The notes beneath the pieces were generated by a model. The model saw only the letters and a list, made by a program, of their open reading frames with translations. It was not told where the DNA came from and searched no databases. From NCBI RefSeq assembly GCF_001194135.2, contig NC_068986.1, positions 10,764,788 through 10,828,787 on the forward strand: a DNA stretch of 64,000 nt, given 5' to 3'. A program made the translations under genes and the position numbers. The stretch's first letter is position 1; each line of letters begins with the position of its first letter. The stretch is from Octopus bimaculoides (lineage: Eukaryota). Below, one piece after another: positions 53,880-64,000 of the stretch.

Positions 53880-54229
53880 TATCATCATCATCATCGTCGT
53901 TTAACGTCCGCTTTCCATGCTGGCATGGGTTGGACGATTTGACTGAGGACTGGTGAAACCGGATGGCAACACCAGGCTCCAATCTGATTTGGCAGAGTTT
54001 CTACAGCTGGATGCCCTTCCTAACGCCAACCACTCAGAGAGTGTAGTGGGTGCTTTTACGTGTCACCCGCACGAAAACGGCCACACTCGAAATGGTGTCT
54101 TTTATGTGCCACCCGCACAAGCCAGTCCAGGGGCACTGGCAACGATCTCACTCAAAAATCCTACGGGAGCCAGTCAGGTGGTACTGGCAACGGCCATGCT
54201 CAAAATGGTGCATCTCATGTGCCACCCGC
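53880..54229 (-). mobile_element. SINE-like family C (young), runs into an N gap
   Basis: (CAT)nCGTCGTTTAACGTCCGCTTTCC...; internal units. Confidence 0.85.
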
Positions 54230-55334
54230 NNNNNNNNNNNNNNNNNNNNNNNNNNNNNNNNNNNNNNNNNNNNNNNNNNNNNNNNNNNNNNNNNNNNNNN
54301 NNNNNNNNNNNNNNNNNNNNNNNNNNNNNNNNNNNNNNNNNNNNNNNNNNNNNNNNNNNNNNNNNNNNNNNNNNNNNNNNNNNNNNNNNNNNNNNNNNNN
54401 NNNNNNNNNNNNNNNNNNNNNNNNNNNNNNNNNNNNNNNNNNNNNNNNNNNNNNNNNNNNNNNNNNNNNNNNNNNNNNNNNNNNNNNNNNNNNNNNNNNN
54501 NNNNNNNNNNNNNNNNNNNNNNNNNNNNNNNNNNNNNNNNNNNNNNNNNNNNNNNNNNNNNNNNNNNNNNNNNNNNNNNNNNNNNNNNNNNNNNNNNNNN
54601 NNNNNNNNNNNNNNNNNNNNNNNNNNNNNNNNNNNNNNNNNNNNNNNNNNNNNNNNNNNNNNNNNTTTTTTCTTCTTTTTTTTTTTAATTTTCTAATTTT
54701 CACTCGAATACTTCCAAATCTTCAGTTGGTTGTATGAGAACCAACCATTATTCTGATGTAATCATTGAAACAATAACAAGTTGCACTAACAGCTGGAGAA
54801 GCATTTCCAAGAGGCAAATAACCATCGTAGACATGAATAAAAGGTCAACTATTTGCTTGACAGCCGGCATTTAATGTCAATCAATATGAAGAGATCTCAC
54901 CTGATAGCTGTCTACAATCTGATGAATGTTTAATGTTCAGCCACTGTTAAAACGCTTCCCTTTCTCTATTCCACCAGACTGCGAATCAAAATACTTATTC
55001 CAATACTGCTGCTGCTGCTAACACATCATAAAGAGCTGCTTAGCTTTCGTTACGGAATACTTGTTTGGGGCAGACATTCCCAGAACATTAAAATACTTCA
55101 ACCATTTCAGCACAGCATTCTGATACCCATCAATATTGCTTCCGCCACCCCCACCCACCCACTTCTTTTCCTGCTAAATCAGAAATTCACTCTGATCTGC
55201 TAGAGTGCAAAAATGGTAAAAATCTATAGGTTACTGGACAACTAGCTGAGAGATCAGCTATTTATATACAGTGACCAGCACTGTACTGTTTCTAAGGCCA
55301 AGATCATTACTCTCGGCTGGCTCAATACTGTTTT

Positions 55335-55712
55335 TTGTTTTAGTCATTGGACTGCGGCCATGCTGGGGCAATGCTCTGAAGAACTTTAGTTGAACAAACT
55401 AACCCTAGGACTTATTTTTTTGTAAAGCTTTTTGCCAAACTGCTAAGTTACAGGAATGTAAACACACCAACACTGGTTGTTAAGCAGAAGTAGTAAGGGA
55501 CAAACATAGACACAAAGACACACACAAACGTGTATGTGTGCATGTGCACGCATATATATATAATGGGCTTCTTTCAGTTTCCCTCTACCAAATCCACTCA
55601 CAAGGCTTTGGTCAGTCTAAGGCTACTGTAGAAGACACTTGCCCGAGGTGCTATGCAGTGGGACTGAACCCAGAACCATGAGGCTGGGAAGCAAACTTCT
55701 TCCCACACAGCC
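55335..55712 (-). mobile_element. SINE family A
   Basis: reverse-complement copy. Confidence 0.7.
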
Positions 55713-56546
55713 AAACATATATCTATAGCTACTAAAAATAGGCACCATGAGGTGGTAACAACCATAAGCAAGAGAAGAAGAGTAAAATTGACAAATTTGT
55801 TACGGATTTGCCATGTCTTAATTTCATACAAAAAGAAAAAATATCTGAAATAGTTTTAATTTTATTTAGAAGTTGTATTTCCCCACAGCATAATAAAGTG
55901 GAAACTAGAAATGAGCAGCAGCCAGTGTAGCATGGAAGTCTATAAATGACCATCCTTTTAGAAATCATACATTACTCTACTTGCAACAGAGGATGTGTGA
56001 AAGAGTTTATCATATTCCCCCACCCCCATCCCATTACAGAAATTTAATTAAATAATTTGTTTTCGTATTCAGTTTCCAAGATTCTTGGCATGAAGTCCTG
56101 TACTGAAACAGATTTTATTCTATCTCGGGAGGGTCATTGTGCCAACACACACATTGCTTCTATTTCACTTCTTTGTTACTTATTTGTCGCTTAACATTTA
56201 ACCCAATTAACTAATTATTTGATTACTCATTCAGTTCAGCTATCAATCAGTCAGGTTTTCCAAAGTCCTTTCGACTCACTTCCAAACCGCATCAATGCCG
56301 TATCTTCTTGGCACATGGATGACATATTTTGTGTTCATTTCTGATACAATAATGGCTTCAGACAAAGCATCAATGCAAGGGATCCTGTTTATAATGACTT
56401 CTTTACAATAGAAATAAAGATCTTTAGTAATGGAGAAGCTACTAGTAATTAATAAGACTCAGGTATAATTAATGGCATATTGTTTAGCAATCCAAAACAT
56501 AGGAAAGACAATTTCAAATTCCTTGGAAGCAGTTAAAATAAATTAA

Positions 56547-56765
56547 CCCTTTAGCATTCAAATTACTGCGTCAAATGTAAAGCATATTTATTCATATTGT
56601 TTTGAATTAATCATGCATTATTTTATTATTTTGTAGCAAAGAGATTTCAATGATGTGATTATTTATTTTAGAATGACATTGTAGGGCAGGTGTGAGAGGT
56701 TGGATCTGGCTTGTTTGAAAATAAAACTGGTGGAACATTTGGGCCAGATATGGCTGACCAAAGGG
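56547..56765. mobile_element. piggyBac-type MITE
   Basis: TTAA|CCCTTTAGC...AAAGGG|TTAA. Confidence 0.8.
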
Positions 56766-56944
56766 TTAAGGACAGTGAAACATCAAACAACACAGTATCT
56801 AGATAAAGGGTCAGAGAAGCTTCTTACAAAACAATTTTTAATGTTTGTTGACCCCTTGAATAGCCACATAGCCCCTATTCCCAGTGGGTCAATACTGATC
56901 ACTTGCTCGCCTCTGATATCTGAAGAGATGATGTTTCATACAAA

Positions 56945-56982
<38 letters not shown>

Positions 56983-58533
56983 GTTAGTTGCAATATTGAT
57001 GGTCCTTTTTTTCAGCAAGAAGAATCGATATGATGACAGAAGAACCTGGGTCAAAATCCTGTTAATACATATATAATAATGAGGATAAAGCTATTGATTG
57101 GTTGACTGATTGATTGAAGATGATGATAATGGTGGTGGTAGTGGTGGTGATGATATCAAACTGTGTATCATAGATTGAAAGAAGAAAAAAATGCAAAAGA
57201 AACGAACAATATTCCAAAGAACTGTACTAATGCCAATATTATTCAACATAGTGCAGGCATGGTTTGTGTGGTTCAGAGGCTTGCTTCCCAACCTCATGGT
57301 TCTGGGTTCAGTCTCATTGCATGGCACCTTGGGCAAGTGTCTTCAGCTATAGCCTTGGGCTAACCAAAGCTTTATGAGTGGATTTGGGAGACAAACTGAA
57401 ATAAGCCCATTATAGTGTGTGTGTGTGTGTGTGTGTGTGTCTGTGTAGCTGTGTGTGCTCGCATGCGTGCATGTGTGTGTGTGTGTGTGAGACTGTGAAT
57501 ACATGTGTGTATGTGAGTATGTATATCCTTATCTGTACATCATAAGAGGGTTGTAAATAAACATCACCATCACATTAGCAATGTTATTCGTTTCCAGTGT
57601 TCTCTGAAAATATGCCCAGCCATGGCAAAATCGTTCCTTGTTTGGAAGCAGGTGAGGGTTGGTGAGAGGGAGGGTATCTACCTGTAGAAAATTTGTCTCA
57701 ACAAATTCTATCTGACCCACAAAAGTGGAAATAAAAACAACGATGATGACAATGATGACATGTCTGTATAATTTTGATAAAATATAGAAAAAGAATAATG
57801 ATTGCTCTTCTCAGAGAGAATATTAGGAGAGATGAGAGAAGGTATGGTACTGAAAGTTCTTTTAAGAAAACTGAAATGAAATGAAATTGTTCCAATCAGT
57901 CACCAAAAACTGATTGGCAATGTCTGTTGAGAAATAAACCCTGTACTGCAAGTTGCAGAAAAAAGAAAATATAGAAAAATGACCAAAAATAAAATATTAA
58001 AAATAAAAAAATGAAAGGCAATAAATCTATTGTTTGCCATCTTTAGAATGTAAGAAACTAATTCAGCATTAAGCAAATGTTACCAAAATGGTAACATACT
58101 GAAGAATGGAGGAATGTATCATGTCAAAAGTGTGAAGTCTCAGATGTGAAATCAAATGTTTATGAGATTATCCAGGATAAACTGCAAGAAAGAAATAGGT
58201 TTGGTTTGGTCACTGATGTAATGAGTTAACTGAACCATCCAAGAAAGTGAAGATGAAGTATCTTGAGGTGCTTAAAGCCCACCCAGCTACAATTTCAGGT
58301 TTTAAGTTTATTATACCATCAGAATAGTTATCATCTCATGAGAGATTATTAAAAGAGAAAAAAAATCATTGGTAGGGTGCTGTAGAAAAATAAAGATTCC
58401 ATTTTTAATTTCCATCAAGGTGTCAGGTTATAAACAAATTGCAAAATATAAATTCATAAAGATTTAATAAAATTTGAACTGAAAACAAACTATATATCAT
58501 TATCTACTCCTGATACAAGGTTAATATTGAGAT

Positions 58534-58798
58534 CAGTGGTACTCAACCATTTTTTTACTTATGGACCCTTTTTGATTCTCTATTTACTCAGATGGAACCC
58601 CACTCCTATCCCAAAGCTATTGGATGTTTAAAAAAAGAATCTATTATACATTTATGATTAAATATTAAAAGGAATTGTGTATAAAATTGCTAAAATTGAG
58701 AAGTAAAACCAATTTACTGCTCGTAAATTTTAACAGCAAAATCTTATCTGTCCCTGCCCCACCCCAAGGGCCATGTGGAACCTGGTTGAGAGCCACTG
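58534..58798. mobile_element. hAT-type MITE
   Basis: TIRs CAGTGGTACTCAACC / GGTTGAGAGCCACTG; 8-bp TSD ATTGAGAT / ATTTAGAT (7/8). Confidence 0.82.
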
Positions 58799-59370
58799 AT
58801 TTAGATGAAGTAATACATCTAACCCCAATACAATATTATCATTGCTCCACCACTGTTATGAATTTGTTAAGATGGAAATTAAATGCCAGCAGCCACCACA
58901 GGAATCAAACTTAAAATCCAGCAAATCCAACTAAAACACCTTCGCTGTAACTCAAGCCAGCATCTGAAGATTAGGGCAAGCCCAAAGAAGTTGGACAGGA
59001 AATGCTTATGATATCAAACATGGCATGGCACATCCGGTTCCTATGCACCTGAGTTGATTGCCCCCTCAACTTGCTGTATTCGATAGCATAAAAGATGCAC
59101 CACAATTCCAGCAGCTCATATTCAATAAAAAGTTTTAGTGCTCAGGAGCATCTAATATAGACCCAAATTCCACATATAGGACCCAGGGTGACTTTTTTTT
59201 TGAGATTTTTTTTTGGCAAACAAGTGCAATATATATACATAAAATATGATACACTGACTTATTCTAACTATAAACTTGACTGAGATGAGTAAAATGATAG
59301 AATGTAGAACATTTCAATAATAGAAATAATATATTTCTAAATCTCTCAGAGATTTATGCAGTAGCAGCAC

Positions 59371-59698
59371 AATAAAGTGATAGTATGTTGTCAACTTAAT
59401 GTGACAGTCCCATAAAAGGGAAGAATGCTACTGTTATTTAGCCCTAGGAAACACTGCTTCCTGTTGAACTCGACACATTTCCTGTGCTACTCCAGACTGG
59501 TGATGATCAATGACTCTGAAACTAGTCTCTGGATGCTGGCATTGCTAGGTGGAGGTGTTTGTCTCCCCTTTGAAAACATAAGGGCACAGGAAATGTGTCA
59601 AGTCCAACAGGAAACGGTGTTTCCTAGGGCTAAATAACAGTAGCATTCTTCCCTTTTATGGGAGTCACATGAAGTTGACAACATACTATCACTTTATT
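59371..59698. repeat. foldback element with ~115-bp inverted arms
   Basis: 59371-59487 is the reverse complement of 59584-59698 with few mismatches. Confidence 0.9.
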
Positions 59699-59797
59699 TC
59701 AATAATAGTCAAGAGACAATCATCATTTCTTTGTAGTCATAGGTATGGTTTCCATGACAAAGATACACAACACTGAACACAGTGGAATGGTATTTAA

Positions 59798-60011
59798 CCC
59801 TTTAACATTCAGATGTCAAGTATAATGCGTATTTATTCACATTGCTTGGAATTTATCCTGCATCATCTTACAGCTTTCAGATTCCGTTGATGTGATTGTT
59901 TATTTTTAAAAATAACATTACAGAGTAGGTAGGAGAGGCTAATTTGGTCAATTTGAACATAAATCAGGTCAAATATTTGGGCCTGATATGACCAGCTTGA
60001 ATGCTAAAGGG
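59798..60011. mobile_element. piggyBac-type MITE
   Basis: TTAA|CCCTTTAAC...GCTAAAGGG|TTAA. Confidence 0.8.
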
Positions 60012-60260
60012 TTAATTCAGTGACTCGCTACCTGTTAAGTAGTGACAGTACTATAAAAGGGACAAGTGTTTTAGTTAGGTCATATGGATCATATGAGAAG
60101 TATGACAACATCAATTACCTACTATTAGTTCAATCACCATCACTCCAATACCATGAAGACTAACACATTGCAATCATCAAATACATTATCAATATACTAT
60201 GATAATAATAGAATATAGAAATCCTATTAAGACCATGTATTTATTTTGTGTTTGACTCAC

Positions 60261-60357
60261 CACAAAGGCTTCCTTCCATAATACACTCCATTCCCTGAGT
60301 ACATAGGAGACCTCCAAAGATGTCTGGTCCTCAATAGGGGTGATAGATTCATACGGA
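60261..60357 (-). CDS. DOCK3/4-like: DOCK3/4-like exon
   Basis: ttctttcag|T CCG...GTG|gtgagt; 97 nt; PYESITPIEDQTSLEVSYVLREWSVLWKEAFV resembles the DOCK E.t..LREW..lWK..yV motif. Confidence 0.92.
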
Positions 60358-60934
60358 CTGAAAGAAGAAAGAAGGCAAAGGAATGCTTCAATAGTTTTAA
60401 TCAAACCAGATCTATGATGATGATGATGATGATCATCATCATCATCATCATCATTTAACATCCATTTTCCATGCTGGCATGGGTTGAAGAGTTTCAAAAG
60501 AGCTGGTATGGCCAGGGGCAACACCAGGTCCATTGTCTGTTTTGGTATGGTTTCTACAGCAGGATGCCCTTCCTAACACCAATCACTTTACAGAGGTGTA
60601 CTGGGTGTTTTTACATGGAACCAACATCAGTGTTTTTACATGGCACCAGTATCAGTGCTTTTTACATGGCATGCCCCAACAGATGCCACCTATAACTTGT
60701 GTCTTATCATTTTCAAATAAAGGACCAGTAAAAACCAATTCCAGTCTGATGTCAATTCAAAACTATGATAAATATATTTAATTAATAATGATTTCTCTCA
60801 ATAGTTCAATGCCACAAATGTGTGTGGGGGGTGCAAAGGAGAAATAAAATTAAATATGACACAAAGCTGTATTTGAACTCCAAACATCAAAGATTGAAAG
60901 TCCCAGCCTCTACCATTTCTATTATTCCACTGTC

Positions 60935-61195
60935 TGAACTGCTGAACTGCTAAATTACAGGGACGTAAACACACCAACATCGGTTGTCAAGCAATGGAAG
61001 GGGAGACAAACACAGACACACACACACACACACATATACAATAGGCTTCTTTCAGTTTCCGTCTACCAAATCCACTCAGAAGGCTTTGGTCAGTCTGAAG
61101 CTATAGTAGAAGACACTTGCCCAAGGTGCCACACAGTAGGACTGAACCTGAAACCATGTGATTGGGAAGCAAGCTTCTTACCACACAGCCATGCC
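60935..61195 (-). mobile_element. SINE family A
   Basis: reverse-complement copy with (CA)n. Confidence 0.7.
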
Positions 61196-61449
61196 TGTTG
61201 GCGAGCAAGCCAACATTCCCTCTATTCCATCATAGGGTGTACCTACTTACAGCTGAGCAGACTGGAGTGAAGTGAAATGAAGTGTTTTTGCTCAAGAATA
61301 CAACATGCAACCTGGTTCAGAAATCACACCCATGATCTTTCGATCACAAGTCCAACACCCTAACCACTAGACCACGAGCATTCTCAATTAATATATAATG
61401 GAAAAAATATGGTTAACGAGACAAAATAAAATGAAATCTCACTACTTAC

Positions 61450-61505
61450 CCTTCATTATCCACTTTACATTGCTTTGTGCATATAAATGCAGCAGGGAAG
61501 ATGCC
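61450..61505 (-). CDS. DOCK3/4-like: DOCK3/4-like exon (first found in window): end of SH3 domain
   Basis: ttttatttgtag|GGC...GAA GG|gtaagt; 56 nt; GIFPAAFICTKQCKVDNEG resembles the DOCK SH3 end motif GIFP.s(Y/F)I; phase 2 joins next exon. Confidence 0.88.
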
Positions 61506-61619
61506 CTACAAATAAAAAAGATAAATATATCACCTGCAATACAGTTCTATATTTAAAACATGTACAATCTAAAACATGTACAATTGGGTTCTATATTTAA
61601 GAGATGAGAAATTATGTAC

Positions 61620-61759
61620 ATTAGACGGATATTTGTCCTCATCTTGTTTGTTGTTAACACAACGTTTTGGCTGAAATACCATCCAGCCTTCATCAGGTGT
61701 CTTGGGAAAATTTCGAACCTAGGTTCTCATTCCTAAGGTATTTTTCGATGTTGTTGTTG

Positions 61760-61798
<39 letters not shown>

Positions 61799-61991
61799 TC
61801 ACTGCCTGGAATCGAACTCAGAATCTTGGGGTTAGTAGCCTGTGCTCTTAACCACTACGCCATCGAAAAATACCTTAGGAATGAGAACCTACATTCGAAA
61901 TTTCCTCAAGACACCTGATGAAGGCTGGAGCGTATATCAGCAGAAACGTTGTGTTAACAACAAACAAGATGAGGACAAATATCCGTCTAAT
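61620..61991. mobile_element. tRNA-headed element with Penelope-type hammerhead motif plus inverted duplicate of its 3' part
   Basis: 131-bp inverted arms 61620-61750 and 61861-61991; minus-strand A box TGGCGTAGTGG (61862-61852) and B box GTTCGATTCC (61817-61808); CTGATGA..stem..GAAACGTT at 61915-61950. Confidence 0.75.
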
Positions 61992-62526
61992 ATAAATAAT
62001 ATCACCTACAAGTTCACAAAACTTTACAAAACACACACACACACACACACAAATGCTTGTTTTTATGTCACATTACAATTAAAACACCAACATTAAATGT
62101 GAAGAGATTACTCAATATTTCTTTTGTAGAATTCATTATTATACTTTTGCAACAAATTTTTGACCTGCTTCCTCTTTGGACTAACTAACTGTCCAACAAA
62201 AGCTAGCAGGCCAGAACTTCTAAATCATTGAGACCCTGCTTCTTGTAAAAGCATATAACACATAAATAAATATAACATATACACCAATGTGCTGTTGAGC
62301 ACTCATTCTTGTTGTTTGACATTTACGTACATGTAACATATACATATTTGGGAGCCAATCTGGTGCTCGTATCCACCTCAGAAATCTGCTGGAAGAAGTG
62401 TCTCCCATAAATGAAAAGCAGTAGAGTGTGAGGACAAGTTTGGTGGTGCTAAGATAGAGAGTAGAGTTGTGCTTGAGAAAATTTTGTGAAGCAAGAAAGG
62501 CTGTTATGAAGGAAGATGGTGTAGAG

Positions 62527-62846
62527 CAGAGGTTTTCAAACTTTTGGGGCCACCGCCCTCCCTCTCATGGCCACATAATACCCCCAGCGCTCCCAACCCT
62601 ATTTTTATGTATAAATAAATATTTTATATTTTACTAATTTATATATATACTATGAATCATTTGATATTTAATATATTATATAATTTATATACAATACTAT
62701 AATAATGTTGTAATATATTCATAGCATCCCCAATCCACTGCCTTCCTCCCAACGCCTTTTTTTTCTACCGTCACCCCCTTAGATACCAGCACCCACCTGA
62801 ACCCTCTCAATGCCCACCGGGGGTGGGGGCACTTTGAGAACCAATG
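62527..62846. mobile_element. hAT-type MITE
   Basis: TIRs CAGAGGTTTTCAAA / TTTGAGAACCAATG; perfect 8-bp TSD GTGTAGAG at 62519-62526 and 62847-62854. Confidence 0.85.
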
Positions 62847-64000
62847 GTGTAGAGGAACACAATATCTAAGATGAATAAGGGTCAGAAAGGGTTAAGGGAA
62901 AGGAGAAGCTGAAGAGGCAGCAAGTATGGATGGTGCCAACATATGGGAGGGAGGAAGGAAGGAAGGAAAGGGAGCAATTGGGGAATAGAAGATGAGGTCA
63001 AGGTATCTTAGTACATTAACCTCAGTTAAGCAATTTCAGATTGAAAGAATGGGCTGGTCAAGGGTTGTCAGGTTTGTTTTGTGGGAGAAAGGAGTAAATG
63101 AACTGGTGGACAGTAAAGGACATGAATTTTTGATAGTAAGGTGTGAGGTTAGAAAGCAGGAAGTGATAAAAGGCAGGTTGTGAAACTGTCAAAGCACATT
63201 TACCATGCATTGACAGTTGGTATATCAAATGACTATGATTCCACCTTTGTTTGAAAATGAGGCCATCTCAGCAGCAGAGAAACAGGGTGCAGAGAGATCA
63301 GTCTGGGTCATGTGAAGCTTTCATAAGGACTTCCTTGAGTTTACTTTGTAGTGACAAATATTGTCTAAGGTGATGAGCAACTATGGGTTCAGGTGCTTCA
63401 AGAAGTCCTAGTTATCAGATGTTTGATTGGTGGCATGAAATACTTTTTAGTACAGGACTAAAACTTGACGTAGGAGTGCAAGAGGGCTATGAAGTGGGGA
63501 CCCCTACCAAGGAAAGAACATTCAGCTTCAGAGAATAAAGATAGAGGGTAAACAAAGAGCAAAATAGTCCATAGAATCTGATGGTAGTCTGGGAGAATTC
63601 CAAGATGTAAGATAGAATTCAGTGGTATGGTTTTAAGAGAGAGGGTAGAATTCAGTGTTGTGTAAGAGAAGAGAAAGGATTGACTGACTTAGTGACAATG
63701 AGAGGAAGAAGATATGGGTTCAAAATCAATGACAAGAAATAGTAACAATTATTGAGAGATTGAGAAAGTGTTTATTATGTTTTGAGCATAAGCTCTTCTT
63801 CAGAAAGTTACAAAGATAGAAGGAAAGGTATAGAGAAAGGAATGAAAACAAATGATACAGGCTTGTAATCAATGACAAGAATAGCATGAACACAAAGTGT
63901 AAACGAGGTGCAATTATCAGTTTACTACTCAATACACACACACACACACATATATGCACAAATACACATACCTGTATATATGTATTGAAAACAAGTTAAT

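Noticed and set aside
61790-61863. tRNA gene
   Set aside because: A and B boxes are present, but the acceptor stem is incomplete and it is fused to repeat sequence; treated as a SINE head.
62850-63720. Possible L2/CR1 RT remnant on the minus strand
   Set aside because: Only scattered motif-like fragments; too decayed to support a call. The same applies to 4260-5090 and 10270-10750.

Overview
AT-rich, repeat-dense eukaryotic draft sequence with nine N gaps. The SINE and microsatellite repertoire suggests a coleoid cephalopod, probably Octopus (inference). The only host gene I can support is a minus-strand DOCK-B (DOCK3/DOCK4-like) Rac GEF. Ten phase-compatible GT-AG exons (61505->23167, 943 nt, about 314 aa) cover the end of the SH3 domain and the DOCK N-terminal region. 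Its earlier exon(s) were not found, and no further exon is recognisable in 1-23166. Almost all ORFs in the supplied track are microsatellite, SINE or N-gap artefacts. The introns hold three SINE-like families, hAT, piggyBac and Tc1/mariner/pogo MITEs, and decayed R4/Dong and RTE LINEs. Most interesting: (1) a tRNA-headed element carrying a Penelope-type minimal hammerhead ribozyme motif, duplicated as a 131-bp inverted repeat (61620-61991), plus an unrelated hammerhead core at about 40185-40230; (2) an RTE LINE with a 5' inversion and 14-bp TSD fitting twin priming (47046-48092), with a possible second case at about 39380-39795; (3) a SINE family carrying a 66-bp minisatellite, with inverted copies in the same DOCK introns. 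SINE and LINE boundaries are approximate; exon, TIR and TSD coordinates were counted by hand.
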